Shown: one piece after another, positions 19,662-29,515 of the stretch
Position numbering within the stretch: position 1 is the first letter of the stretch
Layout: every line of letters starts with the position of its first letter
Sequence record: ON287370.1
Strand: one strand, 5' to 3'
Length of the DNA: 64,000 nucleotides
Notes under the pieces: generated by a model
Told to the model about the DNA's origin: nothing
The model's database searches: none
What the model saw: the letters and a program-made list of their open reading frames with translations, nothing else
Position numbers and translations under genes: made by a program

Positions 19662-19955
19662 TTATTCCCGATTATGTAAAGTGAGTTGGAATTGAAGATT
19701 ACCGAGGTCAGATAAGACCGCGACATCTGGAGTGGGGATGAACAACAATTTCTCTTCAGCATAAGCCTTTACGTTCTCAAACACAATGGCGTGTTCTAAA
19801 GAGAGATTAGCATCAAAGTGGTGATGATCTACTGGGAGTCCTTGATCTAAACAGATTCTGGATAAAATAGCATGTGCTGTCCCAACATCATTTTTAGATA
19901 TTTGAGACAATGCTCCGCGTTGATTTGCTAAATTAAATAAGATCTTCATAGGCAA
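19662..19955 (-). CDS. Hypothetical protein
   Basis: 97 aa downstream of phuZ. Confidence 0.65.
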   Translation of the reverse strand: MPMKILFNLANQRGALSQISKNDVGTAHAILSRICLDQGLPVDHHHFDANLSLEHAIVFENVKAYAEEKLLFIPTPDVAVLSDLGNLQFQLTLHNRE

Positions 19956-19991
19956 TATAAAAAGCCCTGGACATGCCAGGGCCTCCAGTTA

Positions 19992-20942
19992 TTACATCAT
20001 ACCGTCATCGTCAGAACTACCGAACAGGTCAACTTCTTTATTACGGAATTGACCGGCCAGTTCATTGTTCTTGGTTTCTTTATTTTCGATCAGGGTTTTC
20101 AGTGACTGAATGGTATCACCATGATCCAGTACTGCGTGTACAGGAACAGACATACCAGAGAACGATTCGCCGAACAGACCTGACTTACGATACAACATGT
20201 TTTCGAATGGCGCACGGATTTCGTCAATGTTGTTATACAGGCTGATAGCCGCAACCGGTTTACGATCATAGCGACCGATATCACCTTCAGCCAGGAAAGT
20301 CACCTGACTCATGATTGGATCAGCTTGTGTCACATCAGTAAAGAAGAAGAAGTTCTTGATGTCTGCATAATCGATGCGTTCGTTTTCCATGTTGAACATC
20401 ATCAATGCATTATCAATTTCACCAACTGCACGTTGGTTAACCTGACCCTGAGAAACAGTTGCGCTGTTTTCAATGTAGTTGAACAGAACTGGAGAACCAG
20501 TTTTGATCTGGTTGTACATCGAGCCCAGAGCTTCAACGGTGTTCTTCTCTTCATTGAAGGTAGACTTGTCACCAATACAGATAACTAGTACTGGGATCTT
20601 TTTCTGCAGCAGATAGCGCAGAGCATAAGGACCCATTGAAGCACCAGTACCGCCAGACAGTGAATAAGTCAGGATGTTGATTTTGTTTGGTTTGTATTTA
20701 GCAAACACTTGTTTAACAAAGTCGGCATACTTATCAGCATGAGCACGACGATCACCACCAGAACCTTCAACACCTTCCAGACGTTCTAGTGGATACATTC
20801 CGTCAACTACTGGGTTTGCTTCAGAAGTATCCAGGGCAACTACCTGATCGATGAAACGACTGTTCTTACCTTCTGAAAGATAACGGTTCAGAATGTTGAT
20901 ACCAGTGCCACCGAAATGATAGAGGTTAAAGTCTTTAGACAT
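19992..20942 (-). CDS. phuZ: PhuZ phage tubulin
   Basis: FGGTGINI N-terminal motif, EGSGG, tubulin signature SLSGGTGAS, acidic C-terminal tail, 316 aa. Confidence 0.95.
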   Translation of the reverse strand: MSKDFNLYHFGGTGINILNRYLSEGKNSRFIDQVVALDTSEANPVVDGMYPLERLEGVEGSGGDRRAHADKYADFVKQVFAKYKPNKINILTYSLSGGTGASMGPYALRYLLQKKIPVLVICIGDKSTFNEEKNTVEALGSMYNQIKTGSPVLFNYIENSATVSQGQVNQRAVGEIDNALMMFNMENERIDYADIKNFFFFTDVTQADPIMSQVTFLAEGDIGRYDRKPVAAISLYNNIDEIRAPFENMLYRKSGLFGESFSGMSVPVHAVLDHGDTIQSLKTLIENKETKNNELAGQFRNKEVDLFGSSDDDGMM

Positions 20943-21084
20943 GATTTTACTTTCCTTTAAATGAGATTGGTTTTTGTCAGATGGAGATTAAGTCTCACAG
21001 ATCGAAATCTAAGAGACTTTTCTACCTACATGATACAAACAGTAGTATTACTTAAAACAATTGCTTACAACGTGTCCTGCGAAC

Positions 21085-21489
21085 TTATTGCAGTATCTGA
21101 CACAGAATGTTCTCAGCTTCATCTTGGATGATCTGAGCAATACCATCAGTAAGTTCTTGTTCATCTTCAGCATACAGCGGGAAGTCCATGACTACCATTT
21201 GACCAACTGGTGTTGCTGGGAAATGATAACCTTGTTTCATGACCGCTTTGCCAGTAAAGGTAGATTGAATGCGAATCAGGAAGTTACCAGCACCCGCTTC
21301 TTGCACAGGAGCTGCGGCAGCTTGTACGGTAAAGTTCAGGTCACCTTCGGTAATGTTGATACTGAAGCCGACTGTGTCTTCAAACTTCCACATGTTTGGG
21401 ATCTGTTTACCTTTGATCTCTTCCATGATCTCTACCAGCTTACGGGTAGCGAATACTTTTACTGCAGAAGTGCTTTTATCGATTGACAT
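21085..21489 (-). CDS. Hypothetical protein
   Basis: 134 aa, high-expression codon usage. Confidence 0.7.
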   Translation of the reverse strand: MSIDKSTSAVKVFATRKLVEIMEEIKGKQIPNMWKFEDTVGFSINITEGDLNFTVQAAAAPVQEAGAGNFLIRIQSTFTGKAVMKQGYHFPATPVGQMVVMDFPLYAEDEQELTDGIAQIIQDEAENILCQILQ

Positions 21490-21853
21490 TATTCATTTCC
21501 TTTACTTTAGTGATTTTATCTATTAATAACGGGGCAACTGTTTTCTGGAGAATCTCGATAATAGATCGTCCGACAATTGCTTGACGTTTGCGGAAGAAGG
21601 TGAATGATTCACGTTCTCTTATCTTCAGTATGCTGATTGCGATACTTGTGTTCTTTTCTGGATATTCCAGATTGATTTCAGTACGGCAGATCAAACATAT
21701 ATCAGAAGCTATTTTGTACCTGAAACTTACAAAGATACTTTTACGATCTCCAGGGTTAAGTACCTTTATAAAGTACACATCTTTATAAGCTTTTGGTTGT
21801 CTTAGAAATGCTGCGTCCTCCAGAATCTCATTTACTGTTTTTCTTATTCCCAT
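21476..21853 (-). CDS. Hypothetical protein
   Basis: 125 aa ORF. Confidence 0.6.
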   Translation of the reverse strand: MGIRKTVNEILEDAAFLRQPKAYKDVYFIKVLNPGDRKSIFVSFRYKIASDICLICRTEINLEYPEKNTSIAISILKIRERESFTFFRKRQAIVGRSIIEILQKTVAPLLIDKITKVKEMNNVNR

Positions 21854-22268
21854 TATTTAATTCCTCATTAGCTTTTAGAACTGTTAATAATTCAGCATTA
21901 GACTGAACGATTATTTTAATCCAGTTCACTTGCTCTTGAGTGGACATGCTTTCATTAGTATCCATATTTACAGTGTGAATACTAACCCCACCGAATCTAT
22001 AGAAAATCCCTGTACTTGTATAAGCTACTTCCATCACATCCGTCACATGTTTATGCTTGGGAGTTTGGAAACCTATTGTAAAATAGGCTAATAGCCCAGG
22101 TTCATTGATCTGCATTTTACCAATGACCATGTAAAGATTTTTAATAGATGTATTTAGATAAGCACATGGGTTTAAGAATTGATCAGATATCTTATCCCTG
22201 ATGGATTGCATGATTACATTCACACCCCCACATACTTGATCCACTACTGGTTCAATATCTACACTCAT
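21828..22268 (-). CDS. Hypothetical protein
   Basis: 146 aa downstream of early promoter. Confidence 0.65.
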   Translation of the reverse strand: MSVDIEPVVDQVCGGVNVIMQSIRDKISDQFLNPCAYLNTSIKNLYMVIGKMQINEPGLLAYFTIGFQTPKHKHVTDVMEVAYTSTGIFYRFGGVSIHTVNMDTNESMSTQEQVNWIKIIVQSNAELLTVLKANEELNNGNKKNSK

Positions 22269-22298
22269 AAATTCAAATCTCCACTTTATACATGGTGA

Positions 22299-22318
22299 TA
22301 ATATTTGTTTGAAATTTT
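22299..22318 (-). promoter_or_regulatory. Early promoter
   Basis: Minus strand AAAATTTCAAACAAATATTA. Confidence 0.55.
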
Positions 22319-22354
22319 ATACCCTTCCCAAAAAAAATAACATTGAAGTGTAAC

Positions 22355-22382
22355 CTCTAGGTACCCAATTGGGTACCTAGAG
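22355..22382 (-). terminator. Terminator, perfect 28-bp palindrome
   Basis: CTCTAGGTACCCAATTGGGTACCTAGAG followed by U-rich run on minus strand. Confidence 0.7.
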
Positions 22383-22400
22383 TATTATTACTTATTTTAA

Positions 22401-24278
22401 TTAGCGAGATAAGATCTCACCGTTAAGCGCACCAACTGCAAATTCGATAACATCCATGACTGGCATTACGCCGACACCTTTAGAGATTTCAGTGAATGCA
22501 GTAGCGGCATCACTGAATGATTGGAATTTGGCAGTAAAGGCGTGCTTAGGATGTTTATGGTCTAAAGTTTGGAAACACACTACCAATTGGGATACTGATT
22601 CATCCCATACTCCGGTATACCGAACTTCAGGTTCACGATTACTATTAAGAACATTGAAAGACATATGACGTGAATGTTTGATTGGTGTTTTAATCACCTT
22701 GGTCGATTCTTTATTAATGTCTTTGATAACAGCTTCCGTTAGAAGATCGAGAATCTCTGGATCGGTAACACCCAAAGCTTTTCCCCACTTGGCGCGACGC
22801 GCTTCAACTTCATCAGATTTGACCTCGGTTTTTACCTGAGGTTGTTGTTCCTTCATCACATTAGCGAGAACTTCTGAAATATTATCGCCCTGAGAAATAG
22901 GAACAATAACACAATCATCACCAAACATTTCTTTCAGTTGGGATAACATATCACCATCAGGTCCAGAGATCTGGATTTTAGGGGTCCCTGGTTGAGAAGC
23001 TTGTTTGAGACGTTCGACCAGACCTTCAGCAAAATCGCCTTTGCCGAAATAATGTTCCATCATGGAATGAATCAGTCCAGATTGGATACTAACATCATCA
23101 CCACAAACTTTCTGTACTTGGGTAATGTCTTCCGATTTAGCGTTTTTCAGGAATTCAATGATTTCTTTCAGACTACTAGTACCGGACAGGATTTTGAAAA
23201 TTTCTTGTTGAGTAGACATGGTTTCTTCCTTAGATTGAGTTGGTTTAAGATCGCGATCTTGCATATTGTATCGGGAGGTCAGTGGCTTTGGTTCAACCTC
23301 AGGCGGGTATGGTTTACGGTGCTGTTCCATATAACGTCCGACTAAGTTATGAACAAAGTCTGAACGTTGACGTGCATCAACAGTCCAGTGCGTTTCATTC
23401 TCTTCAAACTCACCAGTAAGGAATGTATATATTTCCTTCTGGAAGATACTACGATGAATAAAGGTAATCGCTTTTGTAAAAGCTTCGTTTCCTTTGATCG
23501 AAGTATCGAGCATAATAGTTTTCAGTAACTCGATCTCCTCATCTGGATCAGTAGATGAGTGTACCGCGCAAGGCCCAGTGAGATGAGCAGTGCCTTGGAA
23601 ATAAATATACGGTGATTCTTCACGAGCATATTTAGTTTCTGCTGCCAGTATTCTGATACCATCAATAGCATTATCGATAGCTTCTTTAAAGGTAGAGAAA
23701 TCTTTACCTCTGAAGTTATTCACCCATAATGGGGTAAAGGCTTTAGTCAGGATTTCAGTCTGAAGATGAGCATATACATGGAAAATATTGTAAACTATTT
23801 TAGCTTTACGTTTGAGTGTTCCATATGTCATAGTACCGAGTTGAATATCTTTGAGACACCCGACTGCTTTCTCTATGGCTTCTTCACCTGAAGAACAACC
23901 TTCGCCAGTACGATATTTACTAGGGACGTCAAACAGTTTACCTTCTGATTCGAATAACTGAAGTCCCGCATCTGAGAATAGCTCATCGAACTGCTCCATT
24001 AAGTATTGCGGGGATATATTGACATTCTTACCGGCTTCTTTAATAATGTCAATTAAGATTGAACCATTACGGGACTTGATCGCATTATCAATCAGGGTTA
24101 TAAGATAACCGTAATCACATTTTAAAGAACCACTATTTTGTAAATACCCGGTTTCAACAAAACCAAAATTTTTGATGATGGCTTCCAGATTTACATTCTC
24201 ACCACCATGATCGGGGAATGTAAAAATAGATTTGAATTTCAGGATTGCTTCAATTAAACGTTTAGCTGTATCAGTCAT
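22401..24278 (-). CDS. Large hypothetical protein (possible fusion, internal start at 23219)
   Basis: 625 aa from ATG 24278 with GAGGA RBS. Confidence 0.7.
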   Translation of the reverse strand: MTDTAKRLIEAILKFKSIFTFPDHGGENVNLEAIIKNFGFVETGYLQNSGSLKCDYGYLITLIDNAIKSRNGSILIDIIKEAGKNVNISPQYLMEQFDELFSDAGLQLFESEGKLFDVPSKYRTGEGCSSGEEAIEKAVGCLKDIQLGTMTYGTLKRKAKIVYNIFHVYAHLQTEILTKAFTPLWVNNFRGKDFSTFKEAIDNAIDGIRILAAETKYAREESPYIYFQGTAHLTGPCAVHSSTDPDEEIELLKTIMLDTSIKGNEAFTKAITFIHRSIFQKEIYTFLTGEFEENETHWTVDARQRSDFVHNLVGRYMEQHRKPYPPEVEPKPLTSRYNMQDRDLKPTQSKEETMSTQQEIFKILSGTSSLKEIIEFLKNAKSEDITQVQKVCGDDVSIQSGLIHSMMEHYFGKGDFAEGLVERLKQASQPGTPKIQISGPDGDMLSQLKEMFGDDCVIVPISQGDNISEVLANVMKEQQPQVKTEVKSDEVEARRAKWGKALGVTDPEILDLLTEAVIKDINKESTKVIKTPIKHSRHMSFNVLNSNREPEVRYTGVWDESVSQLVVCFQTLDHKHPKHAFTAKFQSFSDAATAFTEISKGVGVMPVMDVIEFAVGALNGEILSR

Positions 24279-24603
24279 CTTCATCTTCCTCACAGTAACC
24301 GATGATACCTTTATCATCTATATCGTATCCCCTAATGCAACCAGCATCTTTAAGAATACGAAGCGAATTTAAAACACGGACCGGGAACCCTTCGATTATG
24401 TTGTAACAATAACCTATTTGGTAACCATTCCAATCAAGGAAATCATAGAAATGTCTTTCTAGTCTTTCTTTACGATCCAAGCCTTTGTTCGGTAGCTTGT
24501 GCATACAAACCACATAACCATCCACCCCAACATGGGAGTGGATGGATTCGATCAGCGGTTTTGTAAAGTGAACTAGAAATTCTAGTTCTTTAGTCATTAC
24601 CAC
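24271..24603 (-). CDS. Hypothetical protein
   Basis: 110 aa ORF. Confidence 0.65.
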   Translation of the reverse strand: MVMTKELEFLVHFTKPLIESIHSHVGVDGYVVCMHKLPNKGLDRKERLERHFYDFLDWNGYQIGYCYNIIEGFPVRVLNSLRILKDAGCIRGYDIDDKGIIGYCEEDEDD

Positions 24604-25100
24604 ATATCTCCATTACGGCATTCGTTCAGATAGAACTCAGTGCGGGAAGAAGTAACACGCGGTTTAGCTACACCAGTGTAATGGCAGTGTGAAATATGAA
24701 GTTCACCTTCAAGCTTAGGTGAAGTGAATTCATACATGGTCGTTTTGTTCATGCGAACTTGTTTAGCTTCGCGAGTATCCACAATACGAAGCTCCACATC
24801 AGTAAGGTGCGGGTTAGCAAGATCAACGCGATGCAGAGAAAGGCTACCGTCCAGAACCATATTAGTTCCGGTTACATAGATGTTGTTTTCTTTACCGATC
24901 AGCTGAAGAATCAGGCGCTGTTCGGCCAATTGTTCAGAGAGTTCATTGATGATCTCGATAGTCGGATTGAGATCATTCTCGCCTGGGTCATCGTGGTGGG
25001 TAGTGTGGATATTCAATTCACCACCAGTTTGGCGATCAACGACTTTGATCAGTTTACCGTCAAGGATTACATTCCAACGACCAATAGGGGTATTTTTCAT
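24597..25100 (-). CDS. Hypothetical protein, paralogue family A
   Basis: 167 aa, colinear similarity to 25102-25560. Confidence 0.7.
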   Translation of the reverse strand: MKNTPIGRWNVILDGKLIKVVDRQTGGELNIHTTHHDDPGENDLNPTIEIINELSEQLAEQRLILQLIGKENNIYVTGTNMVLDGSLSLHRVDLANPHLTDVELRIVDTREAKQVRMNKTTMYEFTSPKLEGELHISHCHYTGVAKPRVTSSRTEFYLNECRNGDMW

Positions 25101-25101
25101 T

Positions 25102-25560
25102 TTAGACTCCAGTCACTAATTCGTTTTTAAAGTAAGAGGTGGTTCTTTTAAAGTAACCAGTCTCAGGGTTGGTTTTGAAGAAGCAATCTTTAAATGCTAC
25201 TAAACCGAATCTGTTAGAACCCATATATCGCAATGTGGATTCTGAGATAAGTGCTTTCTGTTTGAAAGAGACCATGTGTAAATTACCATTGCGAACTTCA
25301 CAGTCATAAAGGTGAGATGATGACAACACGACCTCACCTTCCAACTTAAAGCCCTTACGTTCGGTAATTGTGTTGACGCCAAACAAACCCAGGATTAACT
25401 TACCTGAGTTAAGTGCAGTTTCTAAATCATTCCAGGCTTCTAAAGCAGGATTGATTTCTGGCTTACCTAACGGTTTGAAAATGATACGCAACGATCCATT
25501 AGTCACCTGATCGTGTACCACTAGCGTACCCTTCTCAATAGCGAATTCATATCGTTGCAT
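25102..25560 (-). CDS. Hypothetical protein, paralogue family A
   Basis: 152 aa. Confidence 0.7.
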   Translation of the reverse strand: MQRYEFAIEKGTLVVHDQVTNGSLRIIFKPLGKPEINPALEAWNDLETALNSGKLILGLFGVNTITERKGFKLEGEVVLSSSHLYDCEVRNGNLHMVSFKQKALISESTLRYMGSNRFGLVAFKDCFFKTNPETGYFKRTTSYFKNELVTGV

Positions 25561-25569
25561 ATCTCAACC

Positions 25570-25896
25570 TTATTCGTCTACTGGAGCCTTCTTTGGAGCT
25601 TTGGCTGCAATGTGGTACAGTTTAGCATAGTCGATTTTGTACTTGTGTTCAAAATCCCCCTGCGCATGTTTACGGGTCAGAGTTACACGATCTAACAACA
25701 GACCGTCAATACGAACTTCGATAATGATCCCGGTTTGAGAAGAGTTATAACCGTAGAGCTTGGATTGCAGGCAACGATTAGTATCACCATCGCGCAGCAT
25801 CAGGGAAATAGTAGAACCCAGTTTAGAGTCAAACTGAGCAAAGGTATTGGCATGTTTAACGATAGTGCGAGTAATCTTTTCTGAAGCGATTTTCAT
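25570..25896 (-). CDS. Hypothetical protein
   Basis: 108 aa. Confidence 0.7.
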   Translation of the reverse strand: MKIASEKITRTIVKHANTFAQFDSKLGSTISLMLRDGDTNRCLQSKLYGYNSSQTGIIIEVRIDGLLLDRVTLTRKHAQGDFEHKYKIDYAKLYHIAAKAPKKAPVDE

Positions 25897-25921
25897 TTCT
25901 ATATTCCTGATTGATTTAAGT

Positions 25922-25941
25922 TAGGGGAGTTTCCTCCCCTA
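25922..25941 (-). terminator. Intrinsic terminator
   Basis: TAGGGGAG/CTCCCCTA stem with GAAA loop on minus strand. Confidence 0.65.
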
Positions 25942-25947
25942 GATTTA

Positions 25948-26409
25948 TTAGTTAGCCAGCAGGGGTGCGACCAGTGAAGGGATGTCCTTCATAATACGAT
26001 CCATACGTTTCCACAGGCGAGAAAGTGATACCGATTCGACGAACAAATTGGTTACGTAATACTGTTGGAGGTAGGTGGACTTACGTTCGGACAGAAGAAC
26101 TTCAATGTTCAAAGTGACGTAGTTGCTACCCACATCACCATAACGCTGGATTGTCGACCGGATTACTAATGGGTTATCAACCTGTAGTAAATCGAAAGTT
26201 ACCGGCACGCCGGAAGTCATTTCCTGTTCAGTAATCAGTTCAGCACCTTCTTCCAAATCACCATAACCCAATGCAGAAGACTGAGTGATCATGTCGCGCA
26301 ACATGCGACGGATGGCATTAGTGCGGGTGCTCAAGTTCGCAGTTTCCAGATCGGAACGATCAGTTTCATTGGCGAACAGGATAGCGAGTTTATTCTGCAG
26401 AGTGATCAT
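25948..26409 (-). CDS. Hypothetical protein
   Basis: 153 aa. Confidence 0.7.
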   Translation of the reverse strand: MITLQNKLAILFANETDRSDLETANLSTRTNAIRRMLRDMITQSSALGYGDLEEGAELITEQEMTSGVPVTFDLLQVDNPLVIRSTIQRYGDVGSNYVTLNIEVLLSERKSTYLQQYYVTNLFVESVSLSRLWKRMDRIMKDIPSLVAPLLAN

Positions 26410-27106
26410 CGTTGTATTCCTTCAAAGTTTTAGTGAGTGGTGCAGACCAGATATCGTAGTGACCGCTAAAGGCGCAGCCAAAGGCCATGTATGTTTTCAG
26501 ACGATTTTTAATGAAGTGTCTGTATACTTCTTTGCTTTTGGCACCATTTAGTCCGACACTATCAAATTTAGCGTCAGTTGCAATTGGCTTGCCGTTATGT
26601 TCAAACAGGGCGATAGAACAACCAGTATCATTAATATGGATATCAATCATTCCGTCCATCATTTCTCTGATGGAGGTTGGATCATCGTTATCCATATATT
26701 CAAGGGCTCGTTTCAAATCACCCGTTTCTTCCATCCAGTAACATGCCATGCCTAAAGCATATTCACGCATCAAGCGTTTAGCACAGTCAACTACTTCGGC
26801 ATGTTCTACCTTACCGGATTCAATTTCTTTCTCACCGATAGTGAATAAGTAAGGACCACGATAAGGGATGTGAACACATGCCCTTACATCAGCTGCCATT
26901 TCAACCGACAGCATTCGGTGCAGGGGATTGTTGGAGATGTAGAAATCGATGTTAATTTCACCGGCTTTATCGAAACTGATGGTGTGGCGTTTAACATCGC
27001 TCTGGTCATCGCTTCGTCCGAGTTCAATCATTTCATTGGCAACATCACGAACCATGTTGATGAAGGTATCTTCCATCTTCATCAAAGCTTTAACTGTTAG
27101 TTTCAT
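26390..27106 (-). CDS. Hypothetical protein
   Basis: 238 aa. Confidence 0.7.
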   Translation of the reverse strand: MKLTVKALMKMEDTFINMVRDVANEMIELGRSDDQSDVKRHTISFDKAGEINIDFYISNNPLHRMLSVEMAADVRACVHIPYRGPYLFTIGEKEIESGKVEHAEVVDCAKRLMREYALGMACYWMEETGDLKRALEYMDNDDPTSIREMMDGMIDIHINDTGCSIALFEHNGKPIATDAKFDSVGLNGAKSKEVYRHFIKNRLKTYMAFGCAFSGHYDIWSAPLTKTLKEYNDDHSAE

Positions 27107-27423
27107 TTCATTTCCTTAATGCGAATTTTCATGATCCCATCCACAACTTCTTTAACCAGTTTAGGATCAAGATTATGTTTAGCTAAGTCTTCGCCAGTGA
27201 TTGTGAAAGGACCAACCTTCTTATCATTAACTTGGGCAAAGAACTCAATACGATCGTCGTTATAGGGAGGGAGAAGAACGTTGTTACTGATAACCAATAC
27301 GTAATTGGAATCTAAGGGCCCGCGCTTATAAAAGCAACGAGCCAATTCTTCTCTTACTACCATACCCAAAACAATCTCGACGAATTTAGTAACCCTTGGG
27401 AGATGTTTCTTAGGTATAGCCAT
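27103..27423 (-). CDS. Hypothetical protein
   Basis: 106 aa, 4-nt overlap. Confidence 0.7.
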   Translation of the reverse strand: MAIPKKHLPRVTKFVEIVLGMVVREELARCFYKRGPLDSNYVLVISNNVLLPPYNDDRIEFFAQVNDKKVGPFTITGEDLAKHNLDPKLVKEVVDGIMKIRIKEMK

Positions 27424-28055
27424 TACATAACGACCGGAATAAGAAAACCTTCACGCTGAGCAAGTAAGGTCACAAGTACTCGGCCCAGTTCAGCAGTTAC
27501 TGTGTTGATGTTCATTCCCTGCCAACCTTGCTCAGTTGTCATGTTCAGGAAATTGGAACGTTCTACTCTGTAGAGTACCACATCGTTTTCTTCAACTTGG
27601 AACCATGCAGTATTCAATCTCACCTTAGCTTTGAAGCGAAGACCGGAAAGGAACATTGAACCGATTAGGTCATCGGTAGATGCAGCACAGATCCAGTGTT
27701 TCACATTCAGGTCATTTTTGATATGACGATTAACCAGCCATTTGGCAAAGTTATTAATCAGATATTTCTGAGTTTGTTCACGCCACTTAGAAAGTTCAAC
27801 CTTCAGCGCATCTCGGCTGAACATCCGGCAATCTTTAATGACGATTGTTCCGATAGTGGTCCCGGTGTGGTTAAGTGCTAAACGGACACCGTAGTCACCA
27901 ACTTCAGATAACTTGACATCAATTAGGATATCAATATTACCGTCCAGCAAATTGATCTGGTAATCGCCAGACCAAGCAATCTGAGTTCCATCAATAATTA
28001 AACGAGAGATAGTCAACTCTGCCAGCTTACGCAGGCACTCTTTATTAACAATCAT
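27423..28055 (-). CDS. Hypothetical protein, paralogue family B
   Basis: 210 aa. Confidence 0.7.
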   Translation of the reverse strand: MIVNKECLRKLAELTISRLIIDGTQIAWSGDYQINLLDGNIDILIDVKLSEVGDYGVRLALNHTGTTIGTIVIKDCRMFSRDALKVELSKWREQTQKYLINNFAKWLVNRHIKNDLNVKHWICAASTDDLIGSMFLSGLRFKAKVRLNTAWFQVEENDVVLYRVERSNFLNMTTEQGWQGMNINTVTAELGRVLVTLLAQREGFLIPVVM

Positions 28056-28069
28056 TTTATTTCCTTAAA

Positions 28070-28681
28070 TTAAAATTGGGTAGTAGGTTCGAATTCATAT
28101 TCTACAGCAAAGTCTTCTCGTTCAGAATAGTGACGGAGAACTTTACCAATACGGCCTTTCAGTTGTTCAATCGGGGTGAACAGATCAGTGCCGATACCTT
28201 GATCAAGATTCACTGCTTCTTCTAAAGCATAAAGAACTTCTTTACCTTTAGTCAGCATCATTACCTGATGGTCGTCATCAGTGTGGAATTTGATATTAAT
28301 TCCATAAGGATGTTCAACTTCATTAGAAGTAGTAACACCACGAAGCATGTTATCAACTGCTTCAATGGCACCGGACTCTTTGGAGATATAGGTGAGAAGT
28401 ACAGCAAAGATATTTTCAGCTAAGGTATCAGCCAGGGATTTATCAAGAATGATTTTAGTATCAAACCTAACAGTACCAGACCCCACCATCTGGTTAGCTA
28501 CATAAATCTCATACTTAGTCAGTTTAGTATGAGAGTTAGCAGTAGTGCGGATATTGACTCCGATATTGGAATCTTTCAGGTTAAAGAAATTGCTGTTAGC
28601 TTTACCAGCCAGTTGTTTGGCCAGATGTTCAATTACCTGGTCTTTGGCCTGTTGTGCGAAAGTTTTATTGATTAAAGTCAT
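28070..28681 (-). CDS. Hypothetical protein, paralogue family B
   Basis: 203 aa from ATG 28681 with AGGAG RBS. Confidence 0.7.
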   Translation of the reverse strand: MTLINKTFAQQAKDQVIEHLAKQLAGKANSNFFNLKDSNIGVNIRTTANSHTKLTKYEIYVANQMVGSGTVRFDTKIILDKSLADTLAENIFAVLLTYISKESGAIEAVDNMLRGVTTSNEVEHPYGINIKFHTDDDHQVMMLTKGKEVLYALEEAVNLDQGIGTDLFTPIEQLKGRIGKVLRHYSEREDFAVEYEFEPTTQF

Positions 28682-28722
28682 TTTGAACTCCTTTAAAATT
28701 AATGTTATTACATTCACTTGAA

Positions 28723-28740
28723 TAATATCTATTCAAAAAC
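28723..28740 (-). promoter_or_regulatory. Early promoter
   Basis: Minus strand GTTTTTGAATAGATATTA. Confidence 0.55.
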
Positions 28741-28754
28741 ATATGCAACATAAA

Positions 28755-28784
28755 AACCACTGTCCCCAAATGGAGGCAGTGGTT
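28755..28784 (-). terminator. Intrinsic terminator
   Basis: AACCACTG/CAGTGGTT stem. Confidence 0.65.
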
Positions 28785-28789
28785 AGTTG

Positions 28790-29125
28790 TTATTTGGTAA
28801 CTGGATAAGCAAGAACTTTGTCGCACTGACGATCGAAGGACTCACGACTGAGTTTTTCTTCGATGTGTTGAGCGAATTCGATACGATCACGGGACTGACG
28901 GCAATCTACCAAAATCTTGTAAAGGCGGTGACCGTTAAGATAAATGATAGTGACTTCATCTGGGGAGGTAGGGCGAGTTTTAAAGCGCATCTTACCCAGG
29001 ATAGTATCCACTTCCAGTTCAGGTTCAACTGGTTGGTTGGATTTATAAACTTCCAACATCCCATCACGAATAGCAGCTTTCAGAATACCTTTAGATACAG
29101 AACGGTTTCCAGCTTTAGTTTCCAC
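28790..29125 (-). CDS. Hypothetical protein
   Basis: 111 aa, GTG start. Confidence 0.65.
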   Translation of the reverse strand: METKAGNRSVSKGILKAAIRDGMLEVYKSNQPVEPELEVDTILGKMRFKTRPTSPDEVTIIYLNGHRLYKILVDCRQSRDRIEFAQHIEEKLSRESFDRQCDKVLAYPVTK

Positions 29126-29158
29126 TTACGTTTCCTTATACAGTTTAGTCAGATGGTG

Positions 29159-29515
29159 TTATTTAGGTTGTGTTTCAAACACTTCATGGATAACGTGGTT
29201 AAACATTATTGCAATATTCTTCACGTTATTATCACGGTTATCTTTGAAACGATCGAGTACGCCTTGTGGGATAGTGTCACGAGGATAACCAAACTTAAAG
29301 CGTAGTTTAACTTCCTTACCATAGAAAGGAATGGTGATAATTTCTAAAGGCCCTTCACGAGTAAAGGTCACTTCAGTTGGCGCGTGGTTATCAGGACCAC
29401 CGCCATTATGTTTCTGAACGGTTTGAAACTCTGGCTTGTTTTGGATAACCAGGTTGTCGAGAGCATGTGCAGTGAGTTCACACAACTCGTCACGGAAAGA
29501 TTCTAAAGTTCTCAC
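29159..29515 (-). CDS. Hypothetical protein
   Basis: 118 aa, GTG start. Confidence 0.65.
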   Translation of the reverse strand: MRTLESFRDELCELTAHALDNLVIQNKPEFQTVQKHNGGGPDNHAPTEVTFTREGPLEIITIPFYGKEVKLRFKFGYPRDTIPQGVLDRFKDNRDNNVKNIAIMFNHVIHEVFETQPK

